A stretch of DNA of 64,000 nt from an uncultured Ruthenibacterium sp. (GTDB lineage: Bacteria > Bacillota > Clostridia > Oscillospirales > Ruminococcaceae): contig CAJUMH010000008.1 in the NCBI GenBank assembly GCA_910587145.1, positions 8,168 through 72,167 of the forward strand, given 5' to 3'. Shown here one piece after another: positions 39,482 to 49,344 of this stretch. A program made the position numbers and the translations under genes. Each line of letters begins with the position of its first letter. The first letter of the stretch is position 1. The notes under the pieces were generated by a model. It was not told where the DNA came from and made no database searches. It saw nothing but the letters and a program-made list of their open reading frames with translations.

Positions 39482-39784
39482 ATGCGCGCAAAACAAATTG
39501 CTGTATTGGCCGCCGTGCCGCTGGCGATCTTTACGGTGACCGTGGGCCTGTTCCTGCTGCTGGCGCAGCCGGGCAGCGCCGAGGCCGCCGAGCCGCCCGC
39601 CTATCTGCTGGGCGCGCAGGGCGGAAAGGTGGTGCTGTTCAAATCCGGCGAGGATACGCCCGTGGCGCGATATGAGATTTATCTGAGCCTGCTGCCCGAA
39701 GCGGACGCCGACGCGCTGCGAAGAGGCATCCCCGTTGCCACGCGGGAGGAATTGAACCGATATTTAGAGGATTTCGGCGCATAA
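39482..39784 (+). CDS. Small exported protein with BofC C-terminal-like domain
   Basis: Start after GAGGTG; N-terminal hydrophobic helix; LLPEADADALRRGIPV...ELNRYLEDF pattern. Confidence 0.7.
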   Translation: MRAKQIAVLAAVPLAIFTVTVGLFLLLAQPGSAEAAEPPAYLLGAQGGKVVLFKSGEDTPVARYEIYLSLLPEADADALRRGIPVATREELNRYLEDFGA

Positions 39785-39798
39785 GAACGCGCCGTGCG

Positions 39799-40164
39799 TC
39801 ATTTGTGCGCGGGCACGATCTCCAGCCAGTAGCCGTCCGGGTCGGAGATAAAGTAGATGCCCATCGCCTCGTTTTCAAAGCAGATGCAGCCCATCTCTTT
39901 GTGCATGGCGTGCGCCGCCTCGAAATCGTCCACCGCAAAGGCGAGGTGGATCTCGTTTTCGCCCAGATCATAGGGCTGCGGGTGATCGGCAAGGCACGTC
40001 AGCTCCAGCTGATGCGGCGTAACGCCGTCGCCCAGATAGACGAGCGTGAAGTGCTCTGCCGTGCGGCGGCGCACCTCCCGCAGGCCGAGGGCCTTTTCGT
40101 AAAATGCGAGACTGGCGGAAAGATCCGCCACGTTCAAATTGTTGTGTGCAAATGTAAACTGCAT
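39799..40164 (-). CDS. gloA: Lactoylglutathione lyase (glyoxalase I, VOC family)
   Basis: HNNLNV, QLELT, YDLGENEIHLAF, YFISDPDGYWLEI. Confidence 0.85.
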   Translation of the reverse strand: MQFTFAHNNLNVADLSASLAFYEKALGLREVRRRTAEHFTLVYLGDGVTPHQLELTCLADHPQPYDLGENEIHLAFAVDDFEAAHAMHKEMGCICFENEAMGIYFISDPDGYWLEIVPAHK

Positions 40165-40378
40165 AACCGCATCCCTCTCTACGTAATAAACGAGCCGAAC
40201 AGACAAAATATTTCATTGCGCCGCGCAATTCAGGGCGCAATCGGCCCATTCCGGCATTTTCTGCTATTTTACCATTCTCGCGGCAGCTTTTCAAGGCGGT
40301 AAATGCAAAAATCGTTCTTTTAAAAGCCCCGATCCCTCTTTTTTCGCTTATTTCAGCCCTTTTCTGCCGGAAAAGGGT

Positions 40379-40407
40379 TTGTTTTTTTGCGCGGCATCCG
40401 CTATAAT
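40379..40407 (+). promoter_or_regulatory. Candidate sigma-A promoter of the FkbH operon
   Basis: TTGTTT, 17 bp, TATAAT. Confidence 0.5.
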
Positions 40408-40480
40408 AAGAGCAAGAAAGGTTTTGGCTTTGCCCGGCGCTGTCTGCCGGGCGGCCATACGGTGATCAGGAGGTTGCATT

Positions 40481-42262
40481 TTGCGCTGTTTGGAATATCC
40501 GTTCGATTCCGCCATGATCCTGCAAAAAAAGCGCGCGCTGCGGCGCGCGCTGCTGGAGCAGCAGGGCCTTGTTCCCAAAAAGGTTGCGATCCTCAGCGGC
40601 TCCACCGTGGGAGAGATCAAAAATATTCTGGAGCTGTTTTTGCTGAACGCGGGCATTCATCCCACCTTTTATGTGGGCGAATATGCGCGCTTTTATGAGG
40701 ATGGCATGTTCGACCCCTCCGGCGCGCTGGCCGCATTCGGGCCGGATGTAATCTATGTGCATACCTCGGTGCACAATCTGGGCAATCTGCCGGCGCAGAC
40801 AGACACCCCAGAGCAGGCCGGGCAGAAGCTGCGCGACGAAACAGCGCGCTGGGTGCAGCTGTGGCGCGCCCTGCAGCGATTTGGCTGCCCCATCCTCCAG
40901 AACAATTTTGAACTGCCGGACGTGCGCGTGATGGGCAATCTTGACGCCGTAGATGTGCGCGGGCGTGTGCGCTTTGTAAGCCGGATGAATGATACGGCGG
41001 CCCTTTGGGCCGAAAAGACGCCGAATTTTTACCTGCACGATCTGTGCTGGCTCTCGGCCTGCGAGGGCGTAAGCCGCTGGTGCTCGCCCGCCGCGTGGTG
41101 CGCCTATCAGTACGCGCTGGACGTGCCGTATATCCCGGTTTTGTGCCACAGCCTCGCAAACATGATCAAAAGCATTTTCGGCAAAAATAAAAAAGGCGTT
41201 GTGCTCGATCTGGACAACACGCTCTGGGGCGGCGTGATCGGCGACGACGGCGCGGAGGGCGTGGCGCTTGGCGAGGAATCTCCCGCCGGGCGTGCATTCA
41301 CGGCGTTTCAGCGCTATTTGAAAGAGCTGTCCGGCAGGGGCGTTTTGCTGAACGTTTCGAGCAAAAACGAGGAGGCCGCCGCGCGCGCAGGCTTTGCGCG
41401 GGCGGACAGCGTGCTGAAAACCGACGATTTTCTCTGCTTCAACGCCAACTGGGATCCCAAGCCCCGCAACGTGGAAGCCATTGCAAAAGCCATCAACATT
41501 CTGCCGGAAAGCCTTGTTTTTTTGGATGATAATCCCGTGGAGCGCGATCTGATGCGCCAGACCCTGCCCGGCGTGGCCGTGCCGGAATTGACGGCGCCCG
41601 AGGAATATGTGCGCATTCTCGACCGGGGCGGCTGGTTCGAGCCGACGTCCGTTTCCGACGACGACCGCCGCCGCGGCGAAATGTACCGGCAAAACGCACA
41701 GCGCGCCGCCGAGGTGCAGTCGTTTGAAAATTACGACGATTATCTGCGCAGCCTTGCGATGCGCGGTGAATTCGGCGCGTTTGACGCGGCGCACTTAGAG
41801 CGCATCACACAGCTGATCAATAAGACAAACCAGTTCAACATGACAACGCGCCGCTACACCGCCGCCGAGATCGAGGCGCTGTGCGCCGACCCCGCGTGCC
41901 TGACGCTGTACGGCCGGCTGGCGGATAAATTCGGCGACAACGGCATCGTAACGGCCTTAATCGGGCGCCAGAACGGCGACGCGCTGGAGATCGAGCTGTG
42001 GATCATGAGCTGCCGCGTGTTCAAGCGCAATTTAGAGCACACCCTGTTCGATCAGCTTGTCGCGGCCTGCAAGGCGCGCGGCGTAAAAACGATCTTGGGG
42101 CGCTTTTTGCCCACGGCCAAAAATCTGCCGGCCAAGGATTTTTATCCTTCCATCGGCTTTGCGCGCATCCGCGAGAGCGAAGCCGAAGCCCTGTATCGCT
42201 TCGACATCCCCGAGCAGTACGAGCCGCTGAATCATGTGATGGAGGTCGCCGCCCTGCCGTAA
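40481..42262 (+). CDS. FkbH-family HAD-IIIC phosphatase/glyceryl transferase with N-terminal SGNH-like domain
   Basis: TTG start after AGGAGG; DLDNTLWGG (DxDxT), SSKNE, FLDDNPVER, QLINKTNQFNMT, DKFGDNG, MSCRV conserved Cys. Confidence 0.92.
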   Translation: MRCLEYPFDSAMILQKKRALRRALLEQQGLVPKKVAILSGSTVGEIKNILELFLLNAGIHPTFYVGEYARFYEDGMFDPSGALAAFGPDVIYVHTSVHNLGNLPAQTDTPEQAGQKLRDETARWVQLWRALQRFGCPILQNNFELPDVRVMGNLDAVDVRGRVRFVSRMNDTAALWAEKTPNFYLHDLCWLSACEGVSRWCSPAAWCAYQYALDVPYIPVLCHSLANMIKSIFGKNKKGVVLDLDNTLWGGVIGDDGAEGVALGEESPAGRAFTAFQRYLKELSGRGVLLNVSSKNEEAAARAGFARADSVLKTDDFLCFNANWDPKPRNVEAIAKAINILPESLVFLDDNPVERDLMRQTLPGVAVPELTAPEEYVRILDRGGWFEPTSVSDDDRRRGEMYRQNAQRAAEVQSFENYDDYLRSLAMRGEFGAFDAAHLERITQLINKTNQFNMTTRRYTAAEIEALCADPACLTLYGRLADKFGDNGIVTALIGRQNGDALEIELWIMSCRVFKRNLEHTLFDQLVAACKARGVKTILGRFLPTAKNLPAKDFYPSIGFARIRESEAEALYRFDIPEQYEPLNHVMEVAALP

Positions 42263-42376
42263 ATGGCGCGGCGCGCACATGTCCCCCGCGCCGGCGAATG
42301 TGCTCGCGAGACTTGCCCCGTCCATATCGGCGGGCGCGGCGCGCCAATTCCGAAGCGAACCGAAAGGAGATTTTGC

Positions 42377-42793
42377 ATGAACAGCTATACGTTCAAGGAG
42401 CTGTCCCTTGGCATGAAGCAAGCCTTTACCGCAAACATTACGGAAGAAAAAATGGAGCTTTTTTACAGGCTTTCGGGCGATTGCAGCCCCATTCACATGG
42501 ATGCGGCCTACGCGCAGCAGCGCGGTTATCCGGGGCGCGTTGTATACGGCATGCTGGGCGCAAGCCTGTTTTCCACTCTGGCGGGCGTGTATCTGCCGGG
42601 CGAGCACTGCCTGCTGCACGGCGTGGAGTGCAAATTTGCCAAGCCCGTTTTCCTTGGCGATACGCTCACCGTCACCGGCGAAATCGTCGAAACGAACGAT
42701 ACGTTCTGCACCGTCAAGATCAAAGCGTCCATCACAAACCAGAACGGCGAAACCGTAACGCGCGGCGTAATCCGCGCGGGCGTGGCGCGCTGA
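42377..42793 (+). CDS. MaoC-family hotdog dehydratase
   Basis: FYRLSGDCSPIHMD hydratase motif, VVYGML, KPVFLGDTL; RBS AAGGAG. Confidence 0.88.
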   Translation: MNSYTFKELSLGMKQAFTANITEEKMELFYRLSGDCSPIHMDAAYAQQRGYPGRVVYGMLGASLFSTLAGVYLPGEHCLLHGVECKFAKPVFLGDTLTVTGEIVETNDTFCTVKIKASITNQNGETVTRGVIRAGVAR

Positions 42794-42933
42794 GGCCACC
42801 GGCGCAGCCCGCAAAAGCTTTTCGGGCATATTCAGGCGGCCTTTTTGGGGCGGAACCTGCTTTCGCCCCGCCGCAGCCAAGGCGGCGCAGAGCCGCTCGG
42901 GGCCGGAGGTTTCCGGCCGGAAGGGAGAAAAAC

Positions 42934-43665
42934 ATGGCAGTATATTTGATCACAGGCGCGTCCAGCGATGTGGGCGCTGCACTCATCGAGCGGGTGTACC
43001 GGGAGGGCGATACCGTAATCGCGCAGGGCGCGGGCGATCTTGCCTGCCTTGCCCCGCTTTGCAGCCGCTGGCCCGGCGCGATCTGCGCCTACGACGTCGA
43101 TCTCACCGACGCGGAGGCGCTGGACGCCTTTGCGCAGGAGGTTGCGGAGCGCTACCCCACGCCCACGCATCTTGTTCATCTTCCGGCGCTGCGCGTGATT
43201 AACACGCGGTTTAAAAAATTCGACGAGGAGCGCTTCGAGCGGGATCTGAGCGTTCAGGTGCGCAGCGCCGTGCGGCTATGCAGGCAGTTTTTGCCCGAGA
43301 TGGCAAAGGCCAAACAGGGACGGGTACTGTTTATGCTTACAAGCTATCTGCTGGGCGCGCCGCCCAAAAACACGGCGGCCTATATTATGGTAAAAAGCGC
43401 CCTGCACGGGCTGGCAAAAAGCCTTGCCGCCGATTACGCGCCGTTCGGCATCACCGTAAACTGTGTGATGCCCAGCATGATGGAGACAAAGTTTTTGGCG
43501 GATACCAGCAATCTGATCGTACAGGCCAACGCCGAGGCAAACCCCATGAAGCGCAATGCGCGCGTGGAGGATGTGGTTCCCGCCATGGCGTTTCTGCTCT
43601 CGGAGGAAGCGCGATTCATCACCGGCGTTACGCTGCCCGTTACGGGAGGGAGCGCGTTTTTATGA
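42934..43665 (+). CDS. SDR family oxidoreductase
   Basis: ITGASSDVG, YxxxK (YIMVK), GITVNCVMP, FITGVTLPVTGG. Confidence 0.88.
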   Translation: MAVYLITGASSDVGAALIERVYREGDTVIAQGAGDLACLAPLCSRWPGAICAYDVDLTDAEALDAFAQEVAERYPTPTHLVHLPALRVINTRFKKFDEERFERDLSVQVRSAVRLCRQFLPEMAKAKQGRVLFMLTSYLLGAPPKNTAAYIMVKSALHGLAKSLAADYAPFGITVNCVMPSMMETKFLADTSNLIVQANAEANPMKRNARVEDVVPAMAFLLSEEARFITGVTLPVTGGSAFL

Positions 43666-44678
43666 GCGCGCGGGAGCGCGGCGCGCTGACGCTGCGGCTG
43701 GCCCGCCCGGACGAGGCGCAGCGCGTGATTGCCTTTCTGGACGAGCACTGGGGCGAAAAGCACCCGCTGGTGCACATTCCGGAGCTGTTTGAATTCTATT
43801 ACTGGCCGTTTGGGCCGGATGGGCCGCTACAGTTCGCCGTTGCCGAGCAGGACGGCAGGCTGGCCGCCGTGGCCGGCTATATCCGAGCCAACCGGCTGGA
43901 TCCGCCGGACATCTGGATCTCGATTTTAAGCGCCGCAAAATATGCCACGGGCAGCGGGCTGGAGCTGCTGGCCGCCATGCGCTGCCTTACCCATGCCCGG
44001 CAGGTGGCCTGCAACAACATCCGCCCCAAGGTGATGCCGCTCTACGCGTTCGCAGGCTTTACCACCGGGCGCGTGGCGCACTATTACCGTCTTGCCGACC
44101 GGGCAGTTTACCGCATCGCGCGGGTCGCAGACAAAAATATCCCGCCCGCGGCAGGCAGTGCCGTTTTGCGGCGCTTGCCCGCCGAAACCGATCTGCTCTC
44201 CTGCGGCTATACGCCAAACGAAGCCCATCGGCCCTATAAAGATTTATGGTATCTTGCGCGGCGGTATTACCGCTATCCCTTCCAAAAGTATGATGTGTGG
44301 GGCATTGTGGAAAACGGTGCGGTGGGGGCGCTGCTGGTAACGCGATGTATTCCGGTGAACGAAACCGCCGTGCTGCGCGTGGTGGATTATACCGGAGCGC
44401 CCGCGGCATTTGCCGCGCTGGGCACGGCCATTGGCCGGCTGATGGCGGAATGCGGCGCGGAATATGCCGATTGCTACTGCGCGGGCATGCCAAAAGCGGC
44501 CATGGCGGCGGCAGGCTTCTGCGCGCGAAGCGAGGCAGACGCGAACATTATCCCCAATTACCTTACACCGCCCCTCTATGAAAATACGGAATATTACTAT
44601 TTTACATGGGATCCGGAAAATTTTACCCTGTTCAAGGCGGACGGCGACCAGGACAGGCCCAACCTTTCGGTGGAATAA
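43662..44678 (+). CDS. Hypothetical protein, GNAT-like fold suspected
   Basis: ATGA overlap with the SDR stop; LRLARPDEAQRV...FAVAEQDGRLAAVAGY and LYAFAGF patterns resemble GNAT motifs. Confidence 0.65.
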   Translation: MSARERGALTLRLARPDEAQRVIAFLDEHWGEKHPLVHIPELFEFYYWPFGPDGPLQFAVAEQDGRLAAVAGYIRANRLDPPDIWISILSAAKYATGSGLELLAAMRCLTHARQVACNNIRPKVMPLYAFAGFTTGRVAHYYRLADRAVYRIARVADKNIPPAAGSAVLRRLPAETDLLSCGYTPNEAHRPYKDLWYLARRYYRYPFQKYDVWGIVENGAVGALLVTRCIPVNETAVLRVVDYTGAPAAFAALGTAIGRLMAECGAEYADCYCAGMPKAAMAAAGFCARSEADANIIPNYLTPPLYENTEYYYFTWDPENFTLFKADGDQDRPNLSVE

Positions 44679-44833
44679 TTTTTTTGCTCTGCACGGCAAA
44701 TCTATAAAAATAGTTCACATTCATCGATAATTTGTGTATGTTCCAAAGCCCGGGAATATGGTATACTGTTATTTGGATACAAACGGCCGCGTATGAGGGG
44801 CGGCCGCATCACGGAAAGGAGACGCCAAAGCAT

Positions 44834-45676
44834 ATGGACATTCGCTATTCCTGCAATCAGCGCGATTTTAAGCGCTACACCACCGAAGAAACACGCAAAG
44901 AGTTTTTGATCGAAAACCTGTACGTACCCAACGAGGTGGTGGCCGTATACAGCCACGTAGACCGCATGGTAACGCTGGGCTGCATGCCCACCACCGAGAC
45001 GGTTTCCATTGATAAGGGCATCGACATCTGGCACAATTTTGGTACGCAGTATTTTTTAGAGCGCCGCGAGATCGGCATTTTCAACATCGGCGGCGCGGGC
45101 AGCATTTTGGCCGACGGCGTCCGGTATGAGCTGGGCTACAAGGACTGTCTGTACATTACGCAGGGCACCAGGGAAGTGCTGTTCGCCTCCGACGACGCGG
45201 CGGCGCCTGCGAAATTTTATATGGTATCCGCGCCCGCGCACCGCGCGTATGAAACAAAGCTGATCAAGATCGCGGACGCGGCCAAAAAGCCGCTGGGCGC
45301 GATGGAAACGAGCAACAAGCGCGTGATCAACCAGTTTATCCACCCGGACGTGCTGCCCACCTGCCAGCTTTCGATGGGTATGACCGTGCTGGAGCCGGGC
45401 AGCGTATGGAATACCATGCCCGCCCACACGCACGAGCGCCGCATGGAAGTATATATGTACTTTGAAGTGCCCGAAAACAACGTTGTGTTCCACATGATGG
45501 GCGAGGGCAGCGAAACGCGCCACATCGTAATGCAGAACGAGCAGGCCGTCATCAGCCCCAGCTGGAGCATCCACGCGGGCGCGGGTACCAGCAGCTATAC
45601 ATTCATCTGGGCGATGGGCGGCGAAAATCAGGCGTTCGATGATATGGACGTGATCCCCACCACCCGGCTGCGGTAA
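44834..45676 (+). CDS. kduI: 5-dehydro-4-deoxy-D-glucuronate isomerase
   Basis: MDIRYS, YSHVDRM, FLERREIG, WNTMPAHTHERRMEVY, SPSWSIHAGAG, WAMGGEN. Confidence 0.95.
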   Translation: MDIRYSCNQRDFKRYTTEETRKEFLIENLYVPNEVVAVYSHVDRMVTLGCMPTTETVSIDKGIDIWHNFGTQYFLERREIGIFNIGGAGSILADGVRYELGYKDCLYITQGTREVLFASDDAAAPAKFYMVSAPAHRAYETKLIKIADAAKKPLGAMETSNKRVINQFIHPDVLPTCQLSMGMTVLEPGSVWNTMPAHTHERRMEVYMYFEVPENNVVFHMMGEGSETRHIVMQNEQAVISPSWSIHAGAGTSSYTFIWAMGGENQAFDDMDVIPTTRLR

Positions 45677-45727
45677 AACAGTATTCCGGATCCCTTCGAT
45701 CCGACGAAAAAAGGAGCGGTATCTATC

Positions 45728-46528
45728 ATGGAAATGAAGGATTTTTCGTTAGAGGGCAAAATCGCGCTTGTCACAGGCGCAAGCTACGGCATCGGCTTTG
45801 CGATTGCATCCGGCATGGCAAAGGCCGGCGCGACGATCGTATTCAACGATATCAAGCAGGAGCTCGTCGATAAAGGCCTCGCCGCTTACAAAGAGGCCGG
45901 AATCGAGGCGCACGGCTATGTGTGCGACGTAACGGACGAAGACGCCGTGCAGGCGCTGGTAAAGCAGATTACCGCCGAAGTGGGCGTGATTGATATTCTG
46001 GTGAACAATGCGGGCATTATCAAGCGCATTCCCATGTGCGAGATGACGGCCGCGCAGTTCCGCCAGGTGGTGGACGTCGATCTGAACGCTCCGTTTATCG
46101 TAAGCAAGGCCGTGATCCCCGCCATGATTGAAAAGGGCCACGGCAAGATTATCAACATCTGCTCGATGATGAGCGAGCTGGGCCGCGAAACCGTAAGCGC
46201 CTACGCGGCGGCCAAGGGCGGCCTGAAAATGCTGACGCGCAACATCGCCAGCGAGTACGGCGAATACAACATCCAGTGCAATGGCATCGGCCCGGGCTAT
46301 ATTGAAACGCCGCAGACGGCGCCGCTGCGCGAGCGCCAGCCGGACGGCAGCCGTCATCCGTTCGACCAATTCATCATTGCCAAAACGCCGGCGGCGCGCT
46401 GGGGCACCACCGATGATCTCGTCGGCCCGGCCGTGTTCCTCGCCTCCGATGCCTCGAACTTCGTGAACGGCCACGTGCTGTATGTGGACGGCGGCATTCT
46501 TGCCTATATCGGCAAACAGCCACAGTAA
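45728..46528 (+). CDS. kduD: 2-dehydro-3-deoxy-D-gluconate 5-dehydrogenase / gluconate 5-dehydrogenase (SDR)
   Basis: TGASYGIG, NNAG, YAAAKGG, NGIGPGY; follows kduI. Confidence 0.85.
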   Translation: MEMKDFSLEGKIALVTGASYGIGFAIASGMAKAGATIVFNDIKQELVDKGLAAYKEAGIEAHGYVCDVTDEDAVQALVKQITAEVGVIDILVNNAGIIKRIPMCEMTAAQFRQVVDVDLNAPFIVSKAVIPAMIEKGHGKIINICSMMSELGRETVSAYAAAKGGLKMLTRNIASEYGEYNIQCNGIGPGYIETPQTAPLRERQPDGSRHPFDQFIIAKTPAARWGTTDDLVGPAVFLASDASNFVNGHVLYVDGGILAYIGKQPQ

Positions 46529-46782
46529 CCGCGAAGGGAAGGCGGAGAAAGAACGCTTTGAGCGCCGCATTCCGCTTTGGCGCACGCAAGAGCGCCGCCG
46601 ATGGAGCCAACGCTCAAAGGCGCTTTGGGGCCGTCTGCCGGCTCTGTCATGCAGTCGGCGCTCCTCTTCCCTTTTTTGCTCAAGTCATGGCCCACGGCAA
46701 AACCGGCGGCCATCCTTTTGTTAAAACAATTCAGGAACCTCTGATTTAATCGGGTTTCACCGTTCTAAGCCCCAAATTTTCA

Positions 46783-46815
46783 GGGATTTCCCCCGCCTCC
46801 GGCGGGGGAAATCCC
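46783..46815. terminator. Strong hairpin between convergent kduD and MATE genes
   Basis: 15-bp perfect stem GGGATTTCCCCCGCC-TCC-GGCGGGGGAAATCCC. Confidence 0.7.
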
Positions 46816-47021
46816 AATAAATCAGAGATTCCTTAAAACAGGCCACAGGCGCACTGCCGCAGCTTTTTCTGCAGCGCGCCTGTGGCCATATTTTTTGCGG
46901 TGCGTTCCGGTTCCATCGCCCTTTTGGCGCGCCGCTTTATCCCTTGTTTTGTCCTTAAAGATCTTTTCCGGCGCTGCAGGGCAAGTGCGGCGGCCGCATT
47001 CAAAACGATCCGGCTGTGCGG

Positions 47022-48353
47022 TCACCCATAGCGATAGCGTTTCCGGTTCCACACCAGAAACAGCGCCGAAAGCACGCATGCGCACAGCTCCGCCACCGTG
47101 ATCGCCCACCAGATACCGTCCACACCGAGCAGCACCGGCAAGATCAGTACGGAGGACGTTTGGAACACCATTGTACGCAGAAAAGAGATGGTTGCCGAAA
47201 CCGCGCCGTTGTTGAGCGCCGTAAAAAACGAGGATGCGAAAATATTGAAGCCCGCGAGCAAAAACGAACATGCGAACAGCCGGAACGCATGGCTCGTGAG
47301 GGCAAAAAGCGTTGCATCGTAGCCCACAAACAGCCTTGCGAGCGGATCGGAAAGCGCGTAGGCCAGCACCGCCAGCAGCAGGCCGGAAGCACCCATCAGC
47401 AGCGTGCTTTTCTTCAGCAGATTGCTCAGCTCGCCGCTGTGGCCCGCGCCGTAATGATACCCCACCACCGGGGCGCTGCCGATGGAATAGCCGATGTAGA
47501 TCGCAATAAAAATAAACTGCACATACAGCAGTACGCCGTAGGCCGAAATCCCGTCCTCTCCCACATACCGCAGCAGCTGAAAGTTGTAGACGATGCTCAC
47601 GATGGAGGAAGAAATATTGCTCATCAGCTCGGAGGCGCCGTTGCCGCAGGCACGCAGCAGCGGTTTTCGCTCCAGCCGCGTTTTCACAAGCCGCAGCAGG
47701 CTGCGGTTCGGCCGCAGAAAATAGAAAAGCGGCAGCAGCCCGCCCACACATTGGCTCAGCCCTGTGGCAAGCGCGGCACCTGCCGAGCCCCAACGCAGGA
47801 TGCCCACAAACAATGCGTCCAGCGCCATATTGGTAAACCCCGCCGCTACCGTAACGGCAAGGCCGAGCTTCGGCTTTTCGGCCGCGATGAGAAAGCTTTG
47901 AAACACATTTTGCAGCATGAAGAAGGTGTTAAAAAAAATCGTGATGCGGCCGTAACGCACACAATCGGCCATCATCTCCGGCGTCGCGCCCAAAAACACC
48001 GCCACGGGGCGCATAAAGATCACACCGCCGAGAGAAAGCACCGCGCCAAGGATCAGCGTAAGCCGGATCATCATGGAAAAGCAGCGGTTCGCCTTTTCCC
48101 GGTCGCCCTCGCCGAGCACCTTGGATACCAGCGCCGTACCGCCCGTGCCCACCATAAAGCCGATGCCGCCCAGCACCATAATGAAGGGCATGACAAGATT
48201 GACGGCGGCAAACGCCGTTTTTCCGGCAAAATTCGATACAAAAAAGCCGTCCACCACCCCATAAACAGAGGTGAACACCATCATTACGATCGACGGCAAT
48301 GTGAACCGAAACAGCTTTGCATAGGTAAAATGATCGGATAATTGGATCCTCAT
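47022..48353 (-). CDS. MATE family efflux transporter
   Basis: FTLPSIVMMVFTSVYGVVDGFFVS, about 12 TM helices in two pseudo-repeats. Confidence 0.92.
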   Translation of the reverse strand: MRIQLSDHFTYAKLFRFTLPSIVMMVFTSVYGVVDGFFVSNFAGKTAFAAVNLVMPFIMVLGGIGFMVGTGGTALVSKVLGEGDREKANRCFSMMIRLTLILGAVLSLGGVIFMRPVAVFLGATPEMMADCVRYGRITIFFNTFFMLQNVFQSFLIAAEKPKLGLAVTVAAGFTNMALDALFVGILRWGSAGAALATGLSQCVGGLLPLFYFLRPNRSLLRLVKTRLERKPLLRACGNGASELMSNISSSIVSIVYNFQLLRYVGEDGISAYGVLLYVQFIFIAIYIGYSIGSAPVVGYHYGAGHSGELSNLLKKSTLLMGASGLLLAVLAYALSDPLARLFVGYDATLFALTSHAFRLFACSFLLAGFNIFASSFFTALNNGAVSATISFLRTMVFQTSSVLILPVLLGVDGIWWAITVAELCACVLSALFLVWNRKRYRYG

Positions 48354-48574
48354 CTCTCTTTTGCGCGCCAGACCGCGCTCTGCGCTCCTTTTTTCGTTTT
48401 AAGATCGATTCCGGCAGCGTCCGGGCCTCCGCCGGCAGGAAAAACAAGCAGGCAAACACAGCAATGTGCAAAAGTCCCCTCGCCGAAAGCTCCCAATAGG
48501 CCGAAAGGCGCGATTTGCCTTGCGGGCGGTTCCATCAGAAAACAATGCCGCCCTTTTATGCGGGCTGCTTTTCC

Positions 48575-49048
48575 CTATTCCTCCGACGCCGTGCGTTCCC
48601 GCATGGCCGAAGGAGGCTTCAGTTTGGCAAGCTCCTTTTTCATCTCGTCCAGATAGCGCTGCGTCAACGCCAGATACAGCTCCGCCTCTTCCGGCCTCCA
48701 CCCCGCCAGAACGCGGTTCTCTGCCGCCATCAGCTGCGCCGCCGTGCACGCGGCAAGCTGTTTGCCGGCTTCGGTAAAGCGCAGGCGCTTATTTTTTGCA
48801 CCGGACGCCTCCACCTGAAGGATCCCCTCTCTTGCAAGTTTGTGCACTGCAGAATGAAGCGTCTGCTTGCTCAAGCCCGTCAGGATCCCCACCTCCCGCA
48901 GAGGGCAGCTGCCGCCGCTGTCGAGCACGGTATACAGAATTTTCATCGCGCTGTCCGAAAGCGTCAGCTTCACCGCCGCCTCGTGGTACACGGCGTCTAT
49001 TTCGCTGATCAAATGGTCCAAACGGCGCATCTCGTTGGAAGAAAACAT
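48575..49048 (-). CDS. MarR family transcriptional regulator
   Basis: LSKQTLHSAVHKLAREG...KNKRLRFTEAG wHTH; upstream of the MATE gene. Confidence 0.88.
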   Translation of the reverse strand: MFSSNEMRRLDHLISEIDAVYHEAAVKLTLSDSAMKILYTVLDSGGSCPLREVGILTGLSKQTLHSAVHKLAREGILQVEASGAKNKRLRFTEAGKQLAACTAAQLMAAENRVLAGWRPEEAELYLALTQRYLDEMKKELAKLKPPSAMRERTASEE

Positions 49049-49344
49049 TTCACTCTCCCCTGTCGTAATCGATTCGAGACTCGGGATCACGGGCGGTTCG
49101 TCAGAACGCCTGTTTGTCCGAAATCGTACTTACCATTATAGTATGATTTCGGACAATTGTCAAGCATTTTTACCCTTGGATAAAAAAGAAGTTTTGCGCT
49201 TGGATAAAAAGAGAACCATTTAAAAAGCAAAAACGCCGCATCCCTTTCCGGCTTTCTGTCCGGAGGGGGGCGCGGCGCATATGGACGGTTTTCCCGAAAA
49301 TCAAAACCGGAAATCAGCCCCGCAAATTTGGGGAACGCCGCAGA

